Below are positions 13,921 through 26,309 of a stretch of 64,000 bases of DNA, piece by piece (position 1 is the first letter of the stretch; every line of letters begins with the position of its first letter). Origin of the DNA: Felis catus (lineage: Eukaryota); NCBI RefSeq assembly GCF_018350175.1, contig NC_058368.1, positions 40,488,001 through 40,552,000 on the forward strand, read 5' to 3'. The notes under the pieces were generated by a model. It searched no databases, was not told the origin of the DNA, and was given only the letters and a program-made list of their open reading frames with translations. Made by a program: the position numbers and the translations under genes.

Positions 13921-14161
13921 TATGTACATAATACTTTCAATTTTGTCTCTTGACCAGCAAAGCTTAAAATATTTACTATTTGTCCCTTTACAAATAATTT
14001 TGCCAACTTCTGACTTAAGTGATATGAGGCAGCAGTAAAAAACATGCTGGCTTAAACCAGAGTGGTAGATGTGGAGATTGTGAGAAGCTTTCATATATGT
14101 TATGTATTTCAGTTTAGAGTCTGTAAAATGTTGGAAAAATATATATGATACACAAAGATAA

Positions 14162-14232
14162 ATATATATATATATATATATATATACAGTATATATACAC
14201 TATATATACACTATATATATAGTATATATAAT
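14162..14232. repeat. Interrupted (TA)n microsatellite
   Basis: Direct reading. Confidence 0.9.
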
Positions 14233-16270
14233 ATATTGATATTAATAACTACTTTTTTGTTCACATTGCCTAATTCATTAGATATTGCTATGTTAATGAT
14301 TCTTATAATAATTGTATTTCAGACTAATTCTACCTACATTTTTTATGCTGTGGCTTATTACTGGTTTTGAGGATAGTTTATCAGCCATGTAAGTGTTCCC
14401 AAATATCATTGAAGAAACATAGTTTGCTGACTGCTTTACAGTTACAATAGTCATTTTGTCACCTGGAAGAGGTTTAAATTTGCATACTGTTACTCTGATC
14501 ACTTTTCTCTGATTTTAAGTTGCTAACTCTCACTATCTTTGGCAAGAAAAAACAAAATCCTTTGAAGGTCATTCAGTCACTTCTGCTTCAGAAGGAAGCT
14601 GTAGGATGAGTCCTGGCACCAGAAGATGGTGCAATGAATTAGTATGCTAGTAGTGGTGATGATAGGTTGCTAGAATGATATTTGAAAGGAAGTTTTTATG
14701 GGACTTTATTATTTGCATTTGAGGTACAAAGAGTAAAATATTACAGATAGCTTTTATTTTTTCTGAAATGAAAACTAAATATAAATGAAAATTGCTTTCT
14801 CTATGCAAATTTAGAGGAACTTACATAATATACATTTTTATGCACGTTTCTGTCTGATATAAGGTTAATATATTTGCCCAAAGTTTAAGAGACAGTTTTA
14901 AGAAGGAGAAATTTGAAAGATTAGAAATATATATGACCATTGACCTTTGAAAATTTATAGGATCATCCAAAGAGTGGAAGAGAGAGAACTTTGAGTCAAA
15001 CACTATAAACCAATATTTAAGGAATTGCGAAGTATATTTCCTACAGAGAAGGTGTCAGAGTACAGTGAAGGAAATGACTTAGGATGCAGGTAGTAATTGA
15101 TAAATCTGAAGAATTTACTTGAATTAAAAATACATATTTCTTGTTGACTTTGGATAGAGGATTTTTTTAATTGACAAGTTTGTAAATAAACTTTAACGTA
15201 TTCAGAAGTAAGTGAATGCTGAGAAGTGACATATTTGTTGCTTTGAGTGAAAGGACCGGGAAGGTTCAACACACCTGTCCTTATTGGTGTGTCCAACAGT
15301 ATGAGACCCACCTGTTACAGGTGGTCAGTTGGCCCTATGCTCTAACAGAGGCACATGGAAGAAAGAATTGCAAATTAAGTGTCCCAGAGAGCTACAAAAC
15401 CATACTTTTAACAAACGTATTTAACCCAGTATGGTAAACCTATCTGTCTCTGAAAGAGAAATAAGAGAGCATGATGGGTGTATGATAACATGGTGACAAT
15501 GTTTTAACATTTTATGAAGTAAAGCATCTTCCATTTGCCTGTGGCTACACTATTAAATCATCGCACCTTGCTGCCCCATTTCCTCACATGTGTCCTGACC
15601 TGGTGGGTTAGAAAAATTCACTCATTCATGTGTTTATAGAGTTGTCATTGTGTACTCACTCTGCTGCGGAAACAATGACCTGAGTTAAGGAAGCGCAGCT
15701 GAAAAGATTTGTGATCTCTACCTTTGTGAATCAGCTGAATCCCTCAAATACTTGCCACATCACTAGTCTGTGCTCCCAGAATGGAGAATGAAGAGGCTAA
15801 ACACACCTGCATGCTTCCAATACAAGGCTTCAGCAAGTAATATCAGAAATAATATATGCTAAACAGCATCTTTTCCATAAAATGTATCCACTAGTTTTAG
15901 AATGCTGTTTTTTTCTTGAAATCCACGTGCTCAAGAAAGTATATGAAGTGTGTGATAGCCAAACTAATAGCCTCTCTTTCCACAATCCAGTTCAGAACAT
16001 CTTGGCAGCATTTAAAATTCTAAAAGTGCCCTGATTTTTGTTGTTCCTCAACATTCATGCTCATCTTTATTTTTAGCATATGTTGTTATCCTAGTCAACA
16101 AGATAATCAAAATGCTTTACGGTATTTAGTAAAAGATGCAGCGTGCGTTTGTGCCACAAGTAGAACAGACTGAGCAGGACAAATGCCTCTTGTGTTACGT
16201 CCGTGTCACTTTGTTTGCTCATTTTTTATCATGTCAAATAACCTGACATCAATTCAGTCTTTCAAACCGT

Positions 16271-16271
<1 letters not shown>

Positions 16272-16317
<46 letters not shown>
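16272..16317. repeat. (CA)n microsatellite, ~23 units
   Basis: Direct reading. Confidence 0.95.
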
Positions 16318-16320
<3 letters not shown>

Positions 16321-16861
16321 TTTGATGAGACAGAGTGAATGGATCTGAGGGAAAGAGGTTGAGCTCACAATAGGCAAGAAAGAGGACACACAGTGTGGAA
16401 GCAAGAGCATTCAGTTGATACTGAATGACAAACTTTTTATGTTATTGTTGATTAATGAGTAAACTTTCAAAAGCTTTTTTTGTTCCTTGTAATATGTCTA
16501 GTTTTATACTGAAATTTAGATCTATTATCCAGTAATTCCAATAATTACTTTCTAAGCATTTAGCAATTCATCACAATGTTCTATGTGTTCCCTCCTAAAT
16601 TCACTCATTATGAGTCTGATTTTGCTTAATTTATCCTCTAACATTTCATTAAAATAAATTAAATTACTATGTTCTCATTAAAATGAAATGAGAAATGTTA
16701 TCATGAGATTTATAAAAGAACATTTTCTAATTTCTGAAACAGTTTTATTTATTAATATTTCCATGCCATTTTCCTTAATGCTATTATTTTTACTAAAAGT
16801 ATGTATCTTTTTTCATTACTTCATAATATCTTATCATATATAGTTATAAAAATGCACTTAC

Positions 16862-16906
16862 CGCTCGTTTCACTTTCTTTTAATGTTTTTCATCAGACAT
16901 TCAACT
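16862..16906 (-). other. Candidate 45-nt non-coding exon
   Basis: Minus strand: ...cctattttgaatttttag|AGTTGAATG...GAAACGAGCG|gtaagt; stops in all three frames. Confidence 0.2.
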
Positions 16907-17564
16907 CTAAAAATTCAAAATAGGCTCTTTGATCAACAGAAAACAATAATGCAATCTATCATGTTTATTAAAGAAACTCTCTCTTGGTTTAATTTGATCA
17001 TATCTTTAGCATTAGATTCACATCCTAATTCATTCATTGCACATGTTCTAAAAACTAGAGGAAAAGTGCATCTCCTATTAGGATTTTAAGGAGTTGTAAT
17101 CACTTCCAAAGTATAAAAAGTATTATGTGTGTATAGGTATGAATAGGTAACAAAGCCTCAGCAACGTAAAAGCGTTATATTTAAAAACAGGAAGAGATTG
17201 AAAGCAAAAAAAATTCTATTTTACTAAAATACAGTCATTTCAGACTGACCACTATTACCTTGTTTCATCTTTTATGTAAAAAAGAATTGGGGATGGATTT
17301 GGGGAATAGTAAGAGAAGATACACCAATGAAAATTGAATCAGAAATAAATGTAAACTTTTTTAGATAAGGAAGAGTAATAACATACATGAGACTTTTATT
17401 CCATACTTTTTACTTGGTTTAAGGAAAATTTACTTAAGATAATTTTAGAGACAGTACTTCTTTGACTAATTTTAATGTCCAGTGTATTCAAATAATTTTT
17501 GCATAATATTTTATGAAAGACATCTTAAAGTAATCTGTGCAACCTCTCTCCTTAATAATTTTAC

Positions 17565-17609
17565 TTTTTTATTTTTTAACTTATTTTTTATTTTTTAAAG
17601 TTTATTTGT

Positions 17610-17651
<42 letters not shown>

Positions 17652-17810
17652 TGAGTGGGATAGAGGAGAGAGAGGAAGAGAGAATCCCAAGCAGGCTCTG
17701 CACTGTCAGCACAGAGCCCAACATGGGGCTCGAACTCACAAACCATGAGATCATGACCTGAGCTGAAATTAAGAGTCAGAGGCTTAACCAACTGAGCCAT
17801 CCAGATGCCC
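17565..17810 (-). mobile_element. Can-SINE
   Basis: Poly-T, (GA)n, core gagatcatgacctgagctgaa, head ...ccagatgccc. Confidence 0.92.
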
Positions 17811-18299
17811 TAGTGACTTTACTTTTAAAGTTTGATTTGTATTATAATGGTTGATGGTGTTCTTTGAATTCCATCAACCATACTCTTTAATATTAGTATA
17901 TTTTGATAAAAAGTCACTAGATGCATTTAGATATCTGTTAATTTTATCACAGACTACACTGTTCGACAAACTTCATATTTTGCTGACTGCTTTTCCACTG
18001 CAGTATTCATTTGTCATTGGGAATATGTATAATTTTACACGGTGCTATACTGATTTCATTTTTTCTAACTCATCTGAGCAAGTTTAATAGCCCTCATACT
18101 ATCTATTTCAGGGGAGTAAAATGCTGTTTTAAGATAAGTCACTTGTGGTTAACTGCTTTTAAATAAGTGATTAGTCAATTCTAGATTCAAATTCAAATGT
18201 TCTAACGGTAAACTTTCTATTTGGGATATTCTGACTCCTTCCCTTCTTCTAATTTTACTTATGTCGTAGGCAGTCTAAACTTGAGAATGTCTACTTGAT

Positions 18300-19252
18300 A
18301 CCATTGTATTGAAAAAAATACTTGTCTGGCTTTTTACTGACTTTACTGACTTCTGATCTAAGTGTCATCCATAATGCCTATTCTCAGGTTCCTATTTTCT
18401 TTATTCTACTTTATTGAAAGCCACCCCAACCCAATTTTCTTATGTACCTTACTTTAAAAATTCTTGTGTATCAACAGATGGCTACAAATGTAAAATATAC
18501 CAACTCACATTAATGCTAAATCTTTTTTTTTTTTAAGTTTTAATTTATTTTTGGCAGAGAGAGCATGAGTTGGGGAGGGACAGAGAGAGGGAGACACAGA
18601 ATCTGAAGCAGGCTCCAGGTTCTGAGCTGTCAGCACAGAGCCTGATGAGGGGCTCAGACTCACGGACTGCGAGATCATGACCTGAGCTGAAGTCAGACGC
18701 TCAACCAACTGAACCACCCAGGTGCCCCAATGCTAAATCTTTTTAATGACTTACCATTGCATCAAAAATAAAAGCCCTTACTATGGTCTGCAAAGCATTT
18801 TAATGAAATGTCCCTGCTTTTGCCAATATTCTGCCTTTCTCCCTCTGATTTAATCTTCTATTTTTAGCTATACTGGTTTTCTTTAAAATCCTTAAACAGA
18901 TCTCAATCTTTGAGTCTCTAGACATTATTTCTTTTTCAAATGCCTTTTCACCTACACTTCAACAATACTCCCCGTGTAGACCTCAGAGCAAATATCAGTT
19001 TTTCAGGCCAGTGTCCCTGGCCTTATCTGTAATAAATATGTATTTTCCCATTATTTTCTGCATCCTCCCATTTCTTATTATGTTAAAATAATTTATTACA
19101 GCCACTACTTATTTTACTCATGGTCCATGTATTTGCCATCTTCAACATCTTTTCTAGAATGTATGCTCAGTGAGAAAGTGTTTATTATTGCATTTCCATC
19201 AGCTCTGACATGTCTAGCATTCATCAGAAAGCCAGTATTTGTTGAATGAAAG
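18300..19252 (+). mobile_element. L2 3' fragment (interrupted by SINE)
   Basis: L2-like pyrimidine-rich body ending in tatttgttgaatgaa; boundaries approximate. Confidence 0.55.
18528..18728 (-). mobile_element. Felid Can-SINE
   Basis: Perfect TSD aatgctaaatcttttt (18512-18527 / 18729-18744). Confidence 0.95.
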
Positions 19253-19799
19253 AAAAATAATTTATATTCCATGAACAAAGTAAAAGAAAGTTTCAGCAGC
19301 TGAAAATAAGAAGAGAGAGGGGTTGGGGACTGCTGGAAAAGTTGTAAGTCGGAAAAATGTTTAAGGATGGCATGACATGTTTTTATACATTCAAATACTG
19401 TAGTTCTTATTTAACAAGAAATGGGAGGATGTAGAGAATAAAGATTTTAGAATACTGAGGTTTGAGAGTGATATGTTCACAATAGACCTTTAAGAATCTT
19501 AGCACTGTGATTATTTTCAGTGAACAATTTCTGGGTGTTTTGTTTTTGTTTTTAGTAGATGTAGTGTAGAATAAAAGATCATATGAAATAATCATGCATC
19601 AATATTAAGAAAGTTAAGTAATAGATATATTTTTTTCACTCTATCAAAGTGTTCTCAGTACTTTTTATGAACCATGTCTTCTGCTAGGTCTGGAGAAACT
19701 AAAACAAAAGAAACTAAGGTATCCCATATAGAAATTTCAAGTATATTAGGGGAAACTTTGTGCAATCAACATTTTATAGTTGTCTATATCCATATCTAA

Positions 19800-20312
19800 A
19801 AACAATATTTTAATGTAGAAAGTTGGTGGCCACATTTGGTGGCCAACCCAATAGTCATTTCTACTTGTTTCCATAGGAACAGAACTCGAGATTGGTTCAT
19901 GCTTGGTGCTCCAAGACAATGTCATTTCTCCCATCTCTAGTGCACAGCTTACTCTTCTTTGATAGAAGTAAATTCAATGGTATATGTATGATGCACACCT
20001 ATGGTAAAATGACACAGGAAGATGATGCTGTGGGACATCCAGAAAAGGTTTTAAGTATATAATACAGATAAAGAAAAAGATCCCTTTTTTCATGTCTTTG
20101 GGACCAAACAAACTTAAAGCTGTGGCAGCCATTTTAAATACAGAGAGAGAAATTTGAGGACAAAAGTCAAGATTCTGAGAACAGAAGAGTGGACTGATGC
20201 AACGTTGCCTAATTTCAAAAATTTGTAATAAATAAATATACTTTGTGCTCATTATCTAAGTGCATGTATTTAAGTGTTGGTTATTTTCAGACAAAGTATC
20301 TTGACTGATAAG
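19800..20312 (+). mobile_element. MLT1-like MaLR LTR relic
   Basis: gctgtggcagccatttt core and ...aaagtatcttgactgata terminus resemble MLT1; boundaries approximate. Confidence 0.5.
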
Positions 20313-20758
20313 TATAGTGTGCAAGCATTCTTTCTTCTCTTCTCCCAAAATGTTAATAGCATTAGGTATTGCTTCCAATTCTACAAGTTCTATCAATAAC
20401 TCTGGGATTTAGAGACATGAAAGCAGTAACTCCTTTTTCAGAGACATTTTCAATGCTTAGTTTAAGCACCAGCTGACCAACATAATGGGTAAATTATACC
20501 CCATGGAACTTTTGATTCAAAATAATTATAGTTTTCTAGGTCAAACGAGAGGTAATCATTACCTCTCACTTCCCCCAAATTTAATTGGAAATATGAACAT
20601 TTAATGCTGTTAATTATAATGACTAGGTTAAAATTCTCTAGTTTGTATTAATATCTTTTAGCCTAAAATTTGACCTTTTATTAATTTCTTCTCTCATGAG
20701 CTAATAAGTACATTGAATTCACACAGTTTGCAAAATGCTTGAATGTTTAAAGCCATGG

Positions 20759-20788
20759 TTTTTTTAAGTTTATTTTTTTTATTTTGAC

Positions 20789-20821
<33 letters not shown>

Positions 20822-21000
20822 CAGAGAGACAGAGAGGAGCAGGGGAGGGGCAAAGAGAGAGGGAGAGAGAATCCCAAGCAGGCTCCACTGACAGCACAGA
20901 GCTCAGCTGACATGGGGCTTGATCCCACAAATTGCGAGATCATGACTTGAGCTGAAACCAAGAGTCAGACACTTAACTGACTGAGCCACCCAGGTGCCCC
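20759..21000 (-). mobile_element. Can-SINE
   Basis: Head ...ccaggtgcccc; near-TSD taaagccatggtttt / taaaggcatgttttt. Confidence 0.92.
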
Positions 21001-21199
21001 TAAAGGCATGTTTTTTTTTAAAAAATACATTAATATGAATGTACATTTTTACATTGTAAATTCAAAGTGATAACATGCAGCTCATCATAAATCTGAGTAA
21101 TATGGCAAGTAGACTTACATGTGATCAAGAATGTCTTCACCTTGATGTCACAAAAGTGCTTTCATCTAAAAAGTCTTTGTTCCACAAATCCCATTTCTC

Positions 21200-21970
21200 T
21201 TTCTTTGTTCTTTGCCCTTGTGAATAACATCTCCATTTGCCCAGTCATCAGCTCCAAAAAAGGAAAAGTGAATCCAAATATGATTTACTCTGTCAGTCAC
21301 AAACCCCCTAATGAATCAGTCAAGTTCAACACGTCTTACCTTCTTTCTTACATCCTTCCTCCCTTTCTCTTCCCATGAAAGCAGTTACTTCATGTATATC
21401 TTACTTCTCATGTGTATTATTGCAATAGCCTCCCAAGTTATCTCCCTATTTCCAGTGTATTTTTTCTCAAGCCTATCTCCTAAATAATGCTGTGTGATTC
21501 TTCTAAAATGTTAATTTGACCATGACACTCTTTTGCTTAAAATACACTAATAACTTTGGGAATAAATTTTGAATACCTTATCTTAGCAATTAATGGTTTT
21601 CAGAGTCTGGTCTTTAGCTACATTTTGCCCTGTTCTTCTACACTGCACTTCAGTGATAGGCAACTGCTGAACTCCCAACCTTCATTAGGATATTTTATAT
21701 TATCAAGAATTTGTCATTCTGTTTTCTCTGCTCTGAATGATTTTCTATCCTATGTAAATAGCTGTCTCCTTCTGATACTTCATGACTGAGTTCCAAAAAA
21801 CTGTTTCTGTGAACTTTTCCCTGACCTCTCAATAGGGTAGCATATTTATTGTATGTTACCATAACAACTTGTGTGCATAATTCTTTACATTATTCAACTT
21901 TTATGCCTGCTGTCCAGCACAGTACTCAGAATATAGAAAGCACAAAATAAATGCATGTTGAATACATAAC
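21200..21970 (+). mobile_element. L2 3' fragment
   Basis: tattattgcaatagcctccc and terminal ataaatgcatgttgaat are typical of L2. Confidence 0.6.
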
Positions 21971-23639
21971 AATAGGGATGAACTGTTTACTTCCTTGATT
22001 TATTCTTATCTTTTGTGTGTGTCATAGATGCTTCTATTTTAAAAAGCAGTTTACAGATCCTGCTTTCATACACCTGTCATTCAGATTTATTCATATGGGA
22101 ATATATTTGCCAATCTGTGTTGAAGGTAAATACAGAATAAAACAAATGACGCTGCAAGTATGAAAATACACATTTTGCAATTTTGACTACTTTCAGACAT
22201 ACTTCATAGCTTTCCTTTTCTGTTATAAAAAATATTTCTATCTTTGTACAATGTCAAAATGTTTATTGTTTCTAAAAGCATAGTACATCTTCCTAATAAG
22301 CAAATTATTCTTTACTGTGCACATATTTTAAATCGGTTTCAAGTGTGTGCGAAAGAAATAGTTATGCTAAAACACTACTTTTAAGAATATATTCATATTT
22401 CATATTTAGTATCAAAGGCCAATAAGGAAGAAGCTTATTATGTGACTTATGACCACATGTCTCCAGTCTTAATAAGACAAATGATGTACACATGAGGGAA
22501 ATATTTTTTTCTTTTACTGTCAATTACTATCCTTGATCTAAAAATATAAGTTATGAAGAGAAAGCTTAAATTTTGATGGCTTAGATTTGTCCTCTAAATA
22601 TTAACATGACAACTTATTACACCAAAATTAATTTCAAATAAATGCTTAAAACTATTGTGGAGAAAACATAATCTTACTAAGTCTATGAGGACTAATCCTT
22701 AACATATTTTCATCAATTTAGTATATATCCTATTCTCAATGTTACTATAGATCACACAATTAATACATCCTTACCCTGAAGAGCTTTATATTTGCATTTT
22801 CTTATTAATAATCAGGGTCTATTCTTTTCATCATATTTCTTAGTGATAAGCATACATTCTCAAATTTGTATATGGTGGAAAATAAGGTTGATTAGAATCT
22901 ATAATCGTTTTCTATATGAAAATCAAATTTCATATTTATAAAATAAATATCATGAACAAAAGTACTTAAGTCATTATGCAGTTTCAACATGACAAGTGAA
23001 AATTGATAGAATTCAGGAGCGAAATATAATTTATACATGACATGAAAAAAATAGAAAGGTCAAAGTAGAATAGCAATTTGCTTTCAACACAGTAAAGAAA
23101 AAAATGTAATATTGTAGAAGAAAATTATCGTTTTATAGTCATGAAAAAAATGACCTTTGTGACATTTCAAAGATTTGACACTAATCTTCCTGAATCATTC
23201 TTCATTAGTCAAAAGCATACAAATGTGCTTCATCTGGGCTTTAGTAACATTCTTTAAAAATGCACTTGAGCATATGGACACCAAAAAGTTTAAAGTAGTA
23301 GTCAATAGAATTGTGAAGAATGAAAAATAGGAGTTAGCATAGAATTAAAAAAAAATTAAAATATTGTGTGTGGGTTTTTGGTTTGTGTGTTTCTTGTAAA
23401 TATGAGCTTTCACCATAGCTACTCTCCATTTTCATGTAAACAAACAATACAGAATTAAAGAAGGAAATAATTTGGCTGGACATCATACAGATTGTTATTT
23501 TCATTTCTACATTATAAAAATGTTAGAAAAGAAGAAGAGAAGTTATCAAAGATCTGTTTCTGATAACCTGCAGGGAAAATACAGATATTTCTTTTGGATG
23601 ACCTTCCTTATTTAAAAGAGAGACCTATCTTTCATTAAA

Positions 23640-24500
23640 AAACACATACAAATTGATTTTCAGTCATGTGTTGACAAGTCTTTTAGGCTATAGAAATAAA
23701 AAGACATGGTTTCTGATGTTAAGATGATTACGATTTATTGAAATATTACAATACAGGATAATAGTTGGTTTAATGACCATGTGTCTAAAAATGTCTTGAA
23801 AGAACAGAAGCCTCTAAATCTCATTGAACTCTTTAGAAAAGGCCTTGCAAATGGAAAAGGCCTTGCAAACGAGATGAAGCTTCAGCCAACTTTAAAGAAG
23901 CACAGAAATGATCTATGAGAAAGGAAATCGTTGTGGAGCAAGTGACTACTGCTACATGCAAAATTAACAGTTGGTTTTGGCACGTTTAAAGATTGTTTGC
24001 AGTATTTTATTATGGTGGCACTCGGAATGCAAATGACAGGTAGTAATAAAGAGGCTGGAAAGCTTGAATTGGGCCACATCTGGAATAGGCAGTTACACAA
24101 TTCAGGACACTTTGGATTTTATCCAATAATGTTTAGGAGCCATTAGCTTGTTTTAGACCATGATATTACATGGAAGTTTTTGCCATCCAGAAACATAACT
24201 TTGACCTTGGGACACATGAAATGAAAAGGATGTAGGGGCAGAGGAACAATGAAGAAGCTATTGTAGTAAAACTAGTGAAGGAATTAACTGATGGTTGAAT
24301 CTAAGACAACAGGGTCAGAAATAAAAATAGAAGAGGGCACTAGGGAGAGTTAAGAAGTAGATTTTACCACTTTACTAAAAAGATTACTAAAAGATAAAAG
24401 TTATATTAAAATACTATAATATAGAGACTATCTTCTAAATTATCTATAGTGTCTAGATTACATGCTATAATTGGAGAAGGGACTATGATTGGAAAATATG
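23640..24500 (-). mobile_element. Degraded L2 fragment
   Basis: tttggattttatcc...ggagccatt and gaagctattgtagtaa are L2 minus-strand-like; boundaries approximate. Confidence 0.5.
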
Positions 24501-24542
24501 GAAGACTGGGGGTGGCAATGTTAAACTGCAACAACCCTAAGA

Positions 24543-25148
24543 TGTTAGAACACAATGACTGTTAAATTCCTGCACCCTTTTGTGTTCTGGGAAAATGGCT
24601 TACTGCAAAGAACCACCAATTTCTCTGCGGTTTAAATAAGACTAATGGATGTCCCCTGCCCTGCCCTTTATTTACTTATGACAAGATCAGATACAGGCCC
24701 TTCAAATTCCCATTCTTTGCCTCATAAATTGTTAACTGAACTTTTTGTCTTTACCGATCCATTGGGAAAAATTGTTCACTAATGATTTGACCAAACTTTA
24801 GTCAGACTTCTCTTCTTCCAGGCCCCTCAACTTTGGCCCACACTCAGTCTGAGCAAAGAGGAAACGTAGAACATGGCCCCTTTCTAGAAGAGGCAGACAC
24901 AAAGAAAGACATCTGTTGATCTTTGTCTGAGACAGGTTCTTTCTAGCCTTGTTTACTGCTCCCTATAAAAGAAGAACCCTGGGGCACCTGGGTGGCTCAG
25001 TTGGTTTAGCATCGACTTCGGCTCAGGTCATTATTTCACAGTTTGTGGTTTCAAGCCCCACGATGGGCTCTGTACTGACAGCTCAGAGCCTGGAGCCTGC
25101 TTCAGATTCTGTGTCTACCTCTCTCTATGTCCCTTGCCTGCTACCCTG

Positions 25149-25187
<39 letters not shown>

Positions 25188-25360
25188 AATAAACAATAAA
25201 TAATTAAAAAAAAAAGAACGTTTCCTGCTTGACCTTTGAGATAATTGTAGAACTCATGGTCAGATTGCATAGCATCTCTCTCCTTTTTGCAATAATCCTG
25301 CAATCTTGCAATAGTAAGGTCTCTCCTTACCTAAGTCTGGATTTTTTTTTTTTTTTGACA
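24543..25360 (+). mobile_element. Solo ERV LTR interrupted by a SINE
   Basis: TG...CA termini (tgttagaa...ttttgaca), 5-bp TSD taaga on both sides, TATAAAA at 24964, AGTAAG polyA-like signal near 25313. Confidence 0.8.
24981..25214 (+). mobile_element. Felid Can-SINE inside the LTR
   Basis: ggggcacctgggtggctcag head, (CT)n, poly-A. Confidence 0.93.
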
Positions 25361-25941
25361 TAAGAAAAATAGAGAATTCTTATTGGGGAATTTATGTCTA
25401 TAAATTAACTTTATGTATAATTTATTCCCCATTAGGAGTATCATTATTAACATCTTAAGTTAACATTATGGAGATAGGGAAAGCAAAGAAACACTCATCT
25501 ATACATATGGTTTTAATTGTACTATATTAGATACAATTGAATATATGGACAATCATTTTAAATGTCAGTGTAAACATATATGGCCAAAGAACCTAACAAG
25601 ATTATTTCTTGGACATTCCCAGTTGTTTCTGAGTCATCTCCTGATTTAGATTCAGATTCAAATGGTAGAAACAGATTCAACAAGGTGATAATTCTCTTTT
25701 CTTCCCTGGGGCAAAATCCAGTTAGCCTGGCCTGACTACCTAACCAGGTGTGAATCCTCACTGAGGTGCAAATTCATTTCTGTACAGTAGAATGGCTACC
25801 AACTCACCCCTGGGTAAGCAGCAACTGATCAAGAGTAAACTGTTTGAATTCAGGTTTTAAAACACATAATTTAAAAATTTTCAGAAATAAAGAAATATCA
25901 ACTTGAAATGTTTAGTGACATCTAGAAGTCCAGTTCAGTGT

Positions 25942-26308
25942 ATATTAGATTTATTGCCTGCTCTTTGTGTCTCTTACAAATGCCTTTTTTGATTGGTCAC
26001 TATTGCATTTTGAATAATTTTGTCAATTTTAATATTGATTTATTATTAGATTATTTATTTATTTTATTTATTTATTTATATTTATTATTATATATATAAT
26101 ATATATATTATATAATATATATATATTATATATATATATTGTATATATATATATTTATTATTATTTATTTATAAATAATTATTTATTTATTTATTAATTA
26201 TTTATTATTAGATATTAATATTAGATTTATTGCCTGCTCTTTGTGTCTCTTACAAATGCCTTTTTTGATTGGTCACTATTGCATTTTGAATAATTTTGTC
26301 AATTTTAA
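25942..26308 (+). repeat. Perfect 91-bp direct repeat (25942-26032, 26218-26308) around a 185-bp A/T patchwork
   Basis: atattagatttattgcctgctctttgtgtc...ttttgtcaattttaa occurs twice. Confidence 0.95.
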
Positions 26309-26309
26309 A

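Larger units (their letters stand above)
12950..14012 (+). mobile_element. MER58-like hAT-Charlie relic, split by a MER82-like insertion
   Basis: Left part gaactgagaattgtttttatatttttaaatg; right terminus gcaaagcttaaaatatttactatttgtccctttacaaataattttgccaacttctg resembles the MER58 end. Confidence 0.6.
1..23481 (+). repeat. Large direct duplication, copy A (truncated by window start)
   Basis: Sequence from base 1 (atttagtgttctgaaaat...) recurs at 40523. Paired ORFs are identical at offsets 40522/40523/40521/40519, except the one crossing the (GA)n run. Confidence 0.98.

Noticed and set aside
22028..22125. Possible 98-nt plus-strand exon (tag|...AAG|gtaaat)
   Set aside because: Frame-shifting length, mediocre donor, unrecognisable peptides; likely cryptic sites.
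23836..23869. 16-bp direct repeat gaaaaggccttgcaaa x2
   Set aside because: Ordinary slippage micro-duplication inside an old repeat.
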